DNA from: Dehalococcoidia bacterium
Lineage (GTDB): Bacteria > Chloroflexota > Dehalococcoidia > Lucifugimonadales > UBA3495
Direction: 5' to 3'
Length of the DNA: 38,256 nt
Assembly: GCA_027249445.1 (NCBI GenBank)
Contig: JAPNTN010000099.1
Location: forward strand, 1 to 38,256
Part shown: piece by piece, positions 25,767-33,726 of the stretch
Position numbering within the stretch: position 1 is the stretch's first letter
How the letters are laid out: each line of letters opens with the position of its first letter
Translations under genes and position numbers: made by a program
Notes under the pieces: generated by a model
The model's database searches: none
What the model was told of the DNA's origin: nothing
What the model saw: only the letters and a program-made list of their open reading frames with translations

Positions 25767-28700
25767 ATGTTCAAAAGTGTTTCTAGTCGTGTCAGCTTCC
25801 CCGATATGGAAGCCAATGTCCTTAAATATTGGAAGGACAACAATGTTTTCCGTAGAACGTATGAAGATAGGGAGTCTGCTCCCGTATTCATGTTATATGA
25901 GGGGCCTCCTACCGCGAACGGCAGTCCTGGCATTCATCATGTCCTAGCGCGAGTGTTTAAAGATGTTATATGCAGGCATAGGACTATGAAAGGCTACAGG
26001 TGTGTCAGAAAAGGTGGTTGGGATACTCATGGTTTGCCAGTGGAACTAGAGATAGAAAAAGAGCTTGGCCTTAGCTCAAAGAGGGAGATAGAAGAATACG
26101 GTATAGAAAAGTTTAACCAAAAATGTAAAGACAGCGTATTTAGATATGTAAAAGAATGGGAAAATATGACTGATCGTATCGGCTTCTGGGTTGATATGGA
26201 CGATCCATATGTCACATTACATAACACTTATATTGAAAGCGGCTGGTGGATACTAAAGCAAATGTGGGATAGGGAACTCCTGTATGAGGGTTTGCGCGGC
26301 ACTCCTCATTGTCCACGATGCGGTACTAGTCTGAGTTCACATGAAGTTGCTCTAGGTTATCGTGAAAATACTCCAGACCCATCGGTGTTTCCGAAATTTT
26401 TGATAGAGCCGGAGAATTTTTCAGATGACCAAAAAAATCGGGTCAATATAGGATTATTCAGCGAGGTGCCTACGTATTTAGTTGCCTGGACTACTACTCC
26501 GTGGACATTACCTGGTAACACAGCATTGGCCGTTGACGGAGATGCAGAATATTCGCTGATAGAGATATCTGATGACGCTAGCTCAGATCGACTAGTGTTG
26601 GCATCTGAGTTAGTGGGGGCGAATGTAAAACAAGATTACACAGTCCTGGCTACTTTCAAAGGTGCAGACCTAATTGGACTAGCGTATCGTTCGCTCTATG
26701 TCCCTAGTTTGTTTGGCAGCGAGATAAGACAGTTTGTCAAAACAGAGGGTGGTCCCACTTCATTAGAGTCGGTGCCAAGTTTTATACCGAAAGTGGTTCA
26801 GGCCGATTTCGTATCGATGGAAGATGGCACGGGGATTGTACACATAGCACCTGCTTTTGGAGACGAAGATTTGGATTTGGGTCGGGAGAAGGGGCTATGT
26901 TTTGTGCAACCGGTTGATCTTCAAGGCATTGTGACGGGCCAATATCCATTTTCTGGAATGTTCTTTAAGGATAGTGATCCCGTAATCATGGATGATCTAG
27001 CAGAAAGAGGGCTTTTATTTGACCGAGGTGTGTATAAGCATACTTATCCCTTTTGCTGGAGATGCGATACCCCACTTCTTTACTATGCAAAGTCCTCTTG
27101 GTATATAAGGACTACAGCAGTAAAAGACAATATGGTGGAAGGGAATGGGAACATTGAATGGCATCCTGAATATATCCGTGACGGTCGTTTTGGTGAATGG
27201 CTAAGAAATAATATCGACTGGGCCATTTCTAGAGAACGATATTGGGGCACTCCTATCCCTATCTGGAGATGTAGTTTGTGTCAGGCTCTAGAGTGTGTTG
27301 GGAGTGTAGAGGAACTGAAATCATTAGCATCAACGGGGTTAGGAGTGGAATTAGATGATCTAGATTTGCATCGCCCACATATTGACTCGATCACTTTGTC
27401 ATGTTCATCCGAATCTTGTAGCGGGACGATGTATAGGATACCGGAGGTAATGGATGCATGGTTCGATTCAGGAGCAATGCCTTATGCACAGTGGCATTAT
27501 CCATTTGAAAACGACGACATTGTTACTCAAGGTTTGTTCCCAGCGGATTATATCTGTGAAGCGGTAGACCAAACCCGTGGATGGTTTTATAGTCTACATG
27601 CTTTAGGCACACTACTACACAATCAACCTGCTTATAAAAATGTCATCTGCCTTGGTCTAATTTTAGATGGTAGAGGTCGTAAAATGAGCAAGCGGATAGG
27701 GAATGTGGTGGAGCCAAACTCTATATTAGATGTAACTGGGGCGGATGCTCTCAGGTGGTATTTGTTTACGGCATCACATCCTGGCGAGCCACGTAGATTT
27801 TCAGATAAGCTCGTTAATGAGACATTACGACGAGTACTCCTTACCCTTTGGAACGTATATTCCTTTTTTGTTAACTACGCTACTATCGATAATTTTAGTC
27901 CGAAGGATATCCCCGATGGCTGGAAACCTGAAAATGAATTGGACAGATGGATATTGTCGGAGTTAAACGTATTAGTTAATCAAGTTGATACCCTGCTAGA
28001 GGATTACAACCCTACTGACGCAGGTAGGAGGATTCAAGAGTTCATAGATGGCCTGTCAAATTGGTACGTTAGGCGGAGCAGAAGGAGATTCTGGAGAAGT
28101 GAGAACGATTCAGATAAGATTTCGGCTTATGCCACTCTTTACAGTTGCTTGTGTACTACATCGAAGTTAATGGCTCCCTTGGCTCCTTTCATAGCAGAAG
28201 AAATGTATCAAAACCTAGTGAAGTCTGTTGACGATTCTGTGGTAGATAGTGTTCATTTGGCAGATTTCCCTGAATCGGATGCATCACTTATAGATGAATC
28301 ACTTATGGAGGCCACTAGGCTTGCAATGAAAGTATCTAGTATGGGTAGAGCAGCTCGCTCTAAAGCAGGCCTCAAAGTTAGGCAACCACTATCAACTATA
28401 GCTATAAAAACCCGTAATGCGGATGAAGAAAAATATTTGGAATGGGTTACCTCACAAGTACTGGAAGAACTAAATGTAAAGGAGATCGTAACCTTCTCGA
28501 AAATAGCAGGTCTGCTGGAAAAAGTAGAATCAGAAGTAGAAAAGAATGTTGATGTTATTGTCTCGATAGATACTTTCTCAGTTGCGGTAGAATCTGGATA
28601 TATGGTTGCCCTTGATTCTCATTTGAGTGAATCGTTGATAGAAGAAGGACTGGCGCGTGAGTTAGCTCATCGCATCCAGAATATGCGGAAAGATGCGAAT

Positions 28701-28898
28701 TTCGATTTAACTGACCGGATAATAATATATTACGAAGCTCCAGACGCAGTCGCATCTGTGATATCTAATTATGGCGATTACATCAGTCAGGAGACTCTAA
28801 GTAATAGCATACTTAAAGGAAAACCTGAAGACCCATCCGGAATAGTTGCTCATACAATCAATGGAATGGAAGTTTCTATTGCAGTAAAAAAAGCTTGA
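25767..28898 (+). CDS. ileS: Isoleucine--tRNA ligase (long, type-2-like form)
   Basis: 1043-aa ORF with the HIGH region PGIHHVLAR, KMSKR, and CP1 editing-domain blocks (TTTPWTLPGN). GAGGT SD 10 nt upstream. Confidence 0.97.
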   Translation: MFKSVSSRVSFPDMEANVLKYWKDNNVFRRTYEDRESAPVFMLYEGPPTANGSPGIHHVLARVFKDVICRHRTMKGYRCVRKGGWDTHGLPVELEIEKELGLSSKREIEEYGIEKFNQKCKDSVFRYVKEWENMTDRIGFWVDMDDPYVTLHNTYIESGWWILKQMWDRELLYEGLRGTPHCPRCGTSLSSHEVALGYRENTPDPSVFPKFLIEPENFSDDQKNRVNIGLFSEVPTYLVAWTTTPWTLPGNTALAVDGDAEYSLIEISDDASSDRLVLASELVGANVKQDYTVLATFKGADLIGLAYRSLYVPSLFGSEIRQFVKTEGGPTSLESVPSFIPKVVQADFVSMEDGTGIVHIAPAFGDEDLDLGREKGLCFVQPVDLQGIVTGQYPFSGMFFKDSDPVIMDDLAERGLLFDRGVYKHTYPFCWRCDTPLLYYAKSSWYIRTTAVKDNMVEGNGNIEWHPEYIRDGRFGEWLRNNIDWAISRERYWGTPIPIWRCSLCQALECVGSVEELKSLASTGLGVELDDLDLHRPHIDSITLSCSSESCSGTMYRIPEVMDAWFDSGAMPYAQWHYPFENDDIVTQGLFPADYICEAVDQTRGWFYSLHALGTLLHNQPAYKNVICLGLILDGRGRKMSKRIGNVVEPNSILDVTGADALRWYLFTASHPGEPRRFSDKLVNETLRRVLLTLWNVYSFFVNYATIDNFSPKDIPDGWKPENELDRWILSELNVLVNQVDTLLEDYNPTDAGRRIQEFIDGLSNWYVRRSRRRFWRSENDSDKISAYATLYSCLCTTSKLMAPLAPFIAEEMYQNLVKSVDDSVVDSVHLADFPESDASLIDESLMEATRLAMKVSSMGRAARSKAGLKVRQPLSTIAIKTRNADEEKYLEWVTSQVLEELNVKEIVTFSKIAGLLEKVESEVEKNVDVIVSIDTFSVAVESGYMVALDSHLSESLIEEGLARELAHRIQNMRKDANFDLTDRIIIYYEAPDAVASVISNYGDYISQETLSNSILKGKPEDPSGIVAHTINGMEVSIAVKKA

Positions 28899-28904
28899 TT
28901 TGAT

Positions 28905-29717
28905 ATGCCTGAACTTCCTGAGGTAGAGAACACTAAGAGGTACTTAATAGAATCGGGGGTTATTGGAGCTACAATACGTTCTGCCACGGTAACGTGGGCA
29001 AATAGTGTTAAATTCCCTAATGTTGAAGACTTTGTTCTCGATGTGCAGGATAAAACGATTAATGGCATAACACGCAGAGGAAAGTATCTAATACTTAGCT
29101 TGGACTCTGCCAATATACTTGTACTGCATCTCGGCATGACCGGCGGATTAGTGGTTCAACCGATTGATCAAACCAATGCCGGACTAGTTCGGCATTGGTT
29201 TGATTTCTACGATGGTAGACAGCTAAGGTTCATTGATCCCCGTAAGTTTGGTCATTTATGGTTGTTGGAAGGTTTTAGTCAAATAGACCCCAATATGGGC
29301 CCCGAACCGCTTGATCCACAATTTACCTCCGAAGTGCTTGTTGAGATTGTCAAAAATAGGAAAGTGCCTATAAAAGCTCTTTTACTAGAGCAATCCGCTG
29401 TAGCAGGCCTGGGAAATTTATATGCTGATGAGTCATTGTTTGTGTCGGGAATCCATCCTGCATGTCTGTCTGCAGATCTAAATTTGGAGCAAGTTGAATG
29501 TTTGCATACTTCGATTGTGAATACTCTTAAACAATCACTAGAAATATATGATAAGGATCGTGCAGAATTTGGACCTAGCCGCTCCTTTGGTCTACCTAAC
29601 TGGACTATGGTAAGAAATCTTGGGGCACCATGTGTAGCTTGTTCTGTGCCGATGGAAATGATTAGAGTAAGAAATCGCAGTAGTTATTATTGCCCAAATT
29701 GTCAGAAAGCGACTTGA
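28905..29717 (+). CDS. mutM: Formamidopyrimidine-DNA glycosylase
   Basis: Starts MPELPEVE. H2TH region and C-terminal zinc finger CVAC...CPNC. 6 nt after the ileS stop. Confidence 0.95.
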   Translation: MPELPEVENTKRYLIESGVIGATIRSATVTWANSVKFPNVEDFVLDVQDKTINGITRRGKYLILSLDSANILVLHLGMTGGLVVQPIDQTNAGLVRHWFDFYDGRQLRFIDPRKFGHLWLLEGFSQIDPNMGPEPLDPQFTSEVLVEIVKNRKVPIKALLLEQSAVAGLGNLYADESLFVSGIHPACLSADLNLEQVECLHTSIVNTLKQSLEIYDKDRAEFGPSRSFGLPNWTMVRNLGAPCVACSVPMEMIRVRNRSSYYCPNCQKAT

Positions 29718-29742
29718 TAATTTAGTCTCTTGTGATGTTTTG

Positions 29743-29771
29743 TTGACGGAAGAGATGGCACTGCGTAAACT
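29743..29771 (+). promoter_or_regulatory. Candidate sigma70-type promoter for the 693-aa fusion gene
   Basis: TTGACG (29743-29748), 17 nt, then TAAACT (29766-29771). This would leave a 5' UTR of about 110 nt. Motif match only. Confidence 0.35.
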
Positions 29772-29885
29772 AGGAATTAAGGTACAGATTTGGTGCGCGG
29801 TATTTATGAATGCCAAGCAGTAAATCTGCGATTATTTGTTAATTAAATAACCAATTTACAGCGCGCTACAGGAGGATCAGAAAAG

Positions 29886-31967
29886 ATGGCCGGATACCGG
29901 AAAGATGAAGCACAAGATTGGGCGTGGGAGTCTTTAAAAGGGCAATGGAGTACTCTAGTTACTCCTTTTAATCAAGATAAATCCTACGATGAAGAGGGTA
30001 TGCGCCGGAACATCAGGCACATACATAAACTTGGTACTGTAGGCGCAGGGTGTACGTGGGCGATGGGAGAGTTTTGGAGTTTAACTTTTGATGAGCGCTG
30101 CAGAGTGATGGATACGGTTGCAGATGAATCAAGAGGGAAAATTCTGACGGGAGCGCATGTAACGCATACTTCTACGAAGGACATGATCGAGTTAGCGCAT
30201 AGAGCCGAGACATCTGGTATTGATCTGTTAATGGTCGCTTCTCCGTATATGGTAGCTAAGACCGAGGATCAGGTTTTCGAATACGTTAAACTACTCGCTG
30301 ATAATACCGACATGGCCATTATGTTCTATAACTCACCTCAGTTCGGATTTGTAATGAGCCCACAGGGACTCAAGCGCTTGTGCCAAATTCCAAATGTAGT
30401 TGGTGTTAAAGAGGCTAGTTTTAATCAACAAACTTCTATCGAAACCCATCTGTTGATTGGGAAACAATCAGTTATAAGCACCCCAGACGAATGGATATTT
30501 CACAAGGCTAAGGAACTCGGTTTTCAGCAACAAGTAATGTTTGCTAACACATCCGATTGGCGTTTCGATACACCTGAATGTAATCGATATGTTCAGTTTA
30601 TTGATAAAGCCACTAAAGGGGACCTAGATACCGAGTTCTACAACAAATATTTGAAAGATTTGAAAGCTTTGTCAGACAAATGGTGGGGCGGTACAGTAAA
30701 GAAGTATAGCGGTGTGCTGCCGGCTTCAATGTGCAAATATTGGGGAGAACTGATGGGCATGGCTGGTGGAGGAGTACGTTCGCCACTAATTGATCTAACT
30801 GACGAAGAGAAAGAAACTCTGAAGAGTGAGTTGCTGCCTTTAATTCCGACGGCAGAACATACAGGCTCAGGATCTAGTAGAGATCATGCCGTTTGGCTCA
30901 ATGAGAAGAGTTCTAGGGATACTGATTTCTCTGGGATGATGCTACTGGTTAGTGTTCAGGATATGCCGGAAGCTATTGAAGCTGATATGGGCGGGGCAGA
31001 CATAATAGATGTTAAGAATCTACAAGAAGCTCTAGTAGGTTCAGGACACCCGAATTTAGTAGACGAAGCACGTAAAAAGATTCCTGCTGAAAAACACGTT
31101 AGTGTCACATTGGGCGTTGTTCCGAATCAAGCTGGTACAGTGGCCATGGCTGTTAGAGCGGCGGGTATGTTAAATGCTACGTCCGTAAAAGTAGGATTTT
31201 GCGAGGCTGACTACGAAACTGCTCTAGATATCCTGACTCAGTCTAAAGAAGCACTCTATGGCTATGACACTAAGTTGATAGGTTCTCTGTTTGCAGATAA
31301 CTTATTGTTTGGCGGTTTGGAGCCTAGGCTCATGGTGAAGCTTGCACGGGAATCCGGTTGCGACGGGTTTTTGATCGATACTTTGACCAAAGATGGACGT
31401 AATTTGTTTGACTTTATTCCTGAAAATGAACTTCGGGATATAGTAATGGAAGGGAAAAGTTATGGGTTAAGCACCGCATTATCCGGACATCTTAAACTCA
31501 GTGACCTAGATGAGTTGGCTCGGATAAATCCGGATATCGTTGGTGTGCGGGGAGCCGTTTGCCGTAGCGGTGAACGCGACATGGCCGTAGCACGAGAGGC
31601 CGTAGCTAATTTTAAATATGAGCTTGGATTGCGGAAGAGCGGCGAAATTAATGTACATCAGAATGGGAGTTACCAAAACGGAAATAATGGGTCACAGGGC
31701 CAATCGCAGAATGGTAATGGTAGTGGCTGGGCCGTAGTAGATGGCCGCGGTAAAAATTGCGCAGGCGTGATAGCTGCCTTGACTAGCCAAATCAGTAATG
31801 ATCGTGGTTCCTTAGTTGAAGCTATACTACACGATGCTCTTAATATCTATGATGTTATATACTGGGCTGAACAATCTGGTCATAAGCTGCTTAATAAGAG
31901 GGAAGAGACAGATGGGTTGGTAAGAGTTCTGATTCAGCCCAATGTTAACGGTTCAAACGGACATTAA
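29886..31967 (+). CDS. Three-domain fusion protein: DapA/DHDPS-like class I aldolase + MfnB-like 4-HFC-P synthase (ex-DUF556) + TusA/SirA-like domain
   Basis: Uninterrupted 693-codon ORF with AGGAGG SD. aa 1-325: FYNSP and VVGVKEAS (DapA-family Tyr/Lys). aa 351-585: MMLLVSV..GGADIIDVKN..SVKVGF..FLIDTLTKDG..VGVRGAVC (MfnB pattern). aa 615-685: VDGRGKNCAGV...VLIQP (TusA-like). Domain calls are by eye. Confidence 0.85.
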   Translation: MAGYRKDEAQDWAWESLKGQWSTLVTPFNQDKSYDEEGMRRNIRHIHKLGTVGAGCTWAMGEFWSLTFDERCRVMDTVADESRGKILTGAHVTHTSTKDMIELAHRAETSGIDLLMVASPYMVAKTEDQVFEYVKLLADNTDMAIMFYNSPQFGFVMSPQGLKRLCQIPNVVGVKEASFNQQTSIETHLLIGKQSVISTPDEWIFHKAKELGFQQQVMFANTSDWRFDTPECNRYVQFIDKATKGDLDTEFYNKYLKDLKALSDKWWGGTVKKYSGVLPASMCKYWGELMGMAGGGVRSPLIDLTDEEKETLKSELLPLIPTAEHTGSGSSRDHAVWLNEKSSRDTDFSGMMLLVSVQDMPEAIEADMGGADIIDVKNLQEALVGSGHPNLVDEARKKIPAEKHVSVTLGVVPNQAGTVAMAVRAAGMLNATSVKVGFCEADYETALDILTQSKEALYGYDTKLIGSLFADNLLFGGLEPRLMVKLARESGCDGFLIDTLTKDGRNLFDFIPENELRDIVMEGKSYGLSTALSGHLKLSDLDELARINPDIVGVRGAVCRSGERDMAVAREAVANFKYELGLRKSGEINVHQNGSYQNGNNGSQGQSQNGNGSGWAVVDGRGKNCAGVIAALTSQISNDRGSLVEAILHDALNIYDVIYWAEQSGHKLLNKREETDGLVRVLIQPNVNGSNGH

Positions 31968-31996
31968 TAAACAAATAGGAAACCGATGATTAAGCT

Positions 31997-32036
31997 AAAA
32001 GCCCTTGTTGATGTGATACGACAAGGGCTTTTATTT
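31997..32036. terminator. Bidirectional intrinsic terminator between convergent genes
   Basis: AAAAGCCCTTGT (31997-32008) pairs with ACAAGGGCTTTT (32021-32032), a 12-bp stem extendable by 2 bp. The A-run and T-run flanks allow it to work on both strands. Confidence 0.8.
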
Positions 32037-32049
32037 ACTTGACCACGTT

Positions 32050-33678
32050 TTACTGGGGACTCGCACCATCGTTGTGATCCATAATAGTTCTAAAGAAGTC
32101 CCTGGCGATACAGTCCAGTGGGTTTATCCAATGCTGGCCCCTTTCTCCGCATGTGCCGATATTGTCGAAGGTTAATTCTGAATTAGCCAGTAGAGAGACG
32201 GATAAATCTAGTGATGGTGCGTAAAACAGCGCTGAGGAATATCCGCCACCTCCTCCTGGGTGACCAAAGGTTAATATCGTCTCGCCATTCTCCAATAAGT
32301 GAGTTCTAGTTGCTATGTGATAGCCGTATTTTTGTGGTCCTGCTGCGAGTTCAATTGTTTCATCAACTATCGAAGTTTTTAGGTCGTCTCTGATATCGGA
32401 TAGTATGTCAGAGCCGTTGGGACTCAAAAGGCTGTATCCCCAATAGGCCATATTTTCTGCTGTTGTTACTATTCCGGAAGTGGACCATTGTAGACGCCCA
32501 TCCGCACTCCTGAAGTCTTTGTCTCCGTACATTTTTATTGTTGTGAGGTCCCCAAACCCAAGTGAGTCAAGGGAGTCACCAAACATGGGATTTGCCCCAT
32601 ACCGGCTTCTGTCGGCATATGGTTTAGCCATTGTAGGAGGTATGTTTATCACCGGCCTCAGTCCTGCCTGTATATCAAGTGGTCCAAATAAGTGCTCTTC
32701 GTATAGTTCATGTAGTGGCAAACCTGCGGATTCTTCTGCTATTAGTCCGAGTAGTACTGAACTCCCGCTAGTATATTGGAAACTACCACTAGGAACGGGT
32801 TTTTTGTCGATCAACTTGAGCATGTTAGCTGGTTCCCAAGTCGGTGCAAGCAATACCATCCCTTTTGCTCTCTTGTTCTCAGTTTCAGTGCCTATGCCAG
32901 ATCTCATTCTGAGTAGGTCTCTGACCGTACAATTAGGCATGAATTCTGGGTTTACGGATTGATATCCTTTGTTTTGAGAGAGCAGGTCTGAGACTTGAGA
33001 ATCCAAGGTGTAGAGACCTTGGCTAATCTGTTTCAATATTAATGCTGATAAGAATGTTTTGGATGTACTCATGACGCCAAGAGGTATATCCGGTGTTAGG
33101 GGAGTATCTTCAGAGGCGAATCCAAGAGATTCTGACCAGAGCGTGCCATCTTTATAGACGGAAGCTGATATCCCCATTTTGTAAGAGGCAGCCTCGAACT
33201 CAGATTCTAATGCATCGGAAAACTCTTGCTGTATCGTCTCTGGGAAGCTATCGTAACCGGTTTTTCTAAAAAACGTGGGAGGAGATACTGCACTTGAAAC
33301 GGTGACATAGGTGCTACGCTTGGGAGTTTCATTAACCTCTGAATTATCGGAGGTTTTTAGGCTATCGTCGATTGAATCACTTACTGTGTCGGGATCTTGT
33401 ATGACGTCAGACTCGGTATCAGATCTTACAGATTCATTACTAATTGGTGTAGCAGTTGCCGGTTTATTGGGAATATTTGTTGCCGTGGGTTTATTGGTAG
33501 CCGATAAGTTTTGGTTCTTGTCCATATCTCCCGTTGAGGAGATGGGATTAGCAGGAGCTACAGTCATGTTATCTTGATTGGTTAGTTCTGGTGTTAATTC
33601 TGTGGAGGAGGTGCAACCTGTAATGAGTGTAGTCAGGAGTAATATCGTGAGCGCCAATAGGTAGGTAAGTTTTTTCAA
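32050..33678 (-). CDS. Serine hydrolase (beta-lactamase/PBP-like) lipoprotein with long low-complexity linker
   Basis: TTG start with GAGGA SD. Signal peptide plus lipobox LITGC. About 110 aa of T/S/N/D/P-rich linker. S-x-x-K motif (MSTSKTF) and GHPGGGGG near the C-terminus. TATAAT (33711-33716, minus) lies upstream. Confidence 0.85.
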   Translation of the reverse strand: MKKLTYLLALTILLLTTLITGCTSSTELTPELTNQDNMTVAPANPISSTGDMDKNQNLSATNKPTATNIPNKPATATPISNESVRSDTESDVIQDPDTVSDSIDDSLKTSDNSEVNETPKRSTYVTVSSAVSPPTFFRKTGYDSFPETIQQEFSDALESEFEAASYKMGISASVYKDGTLWSESLGFASEDTPLTPDIPLGVMSTSKTFLSALILKQISQGLYTLDSQVSDLLSQNKGYQSVNPEFMPNCTVRDLLRMRSGIGTETENKRAKGMVLLAPTWEPANMLKLIDKKPVPSGSFQYTSGSSVLLGLIAEESAGLPLHELYEEHLFGPLDIQAGLRPVINIPPTMAKPYADRSRYGANPMFGDSLDSLGFGDLTTIKMYGDKDFRSADGRLQWSTSGIVTTAENMAYWGYSLLSPNGSDILSDIRDDLKTSIVDETIELAAGPQKYGYHIATRTHLLENGETILTFGHPGGGGGYSSALFYAPSLDLSVSLLANSELTFDNIGTCGERGQHWINPLDCIARDFFRTIMDHNDGASPQ

Positions 33679-33726
33679 AATAATCCTCGGTTTTTAAGTA
33701 ACGAATGTGTATTATACCTCGATCTG

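Noticed and set aside
29755-29823. 22-codon upstream ORF (MALRKLGIKVQIWCAVFMNAKQ) in front of the fusion gene, considered as a leader peptide.
   Set aside because: It has no properly spaced SD and no runs of regulatory codons. It overlaps the better-supported promoter hexamers, so it is likely chance.
32480-32962. 160-aa plus-strand ORF antisense to the serine hydrolase gene. Also 33311-33577, 34703-34924, 35144-35326, 35579-35782 and 36056-36274, antisense to the serine hydrolase or SbcC-like genes.
   Set aside because: These are shadow ORFs within well-supported minus-strand genes, with no independent signals.
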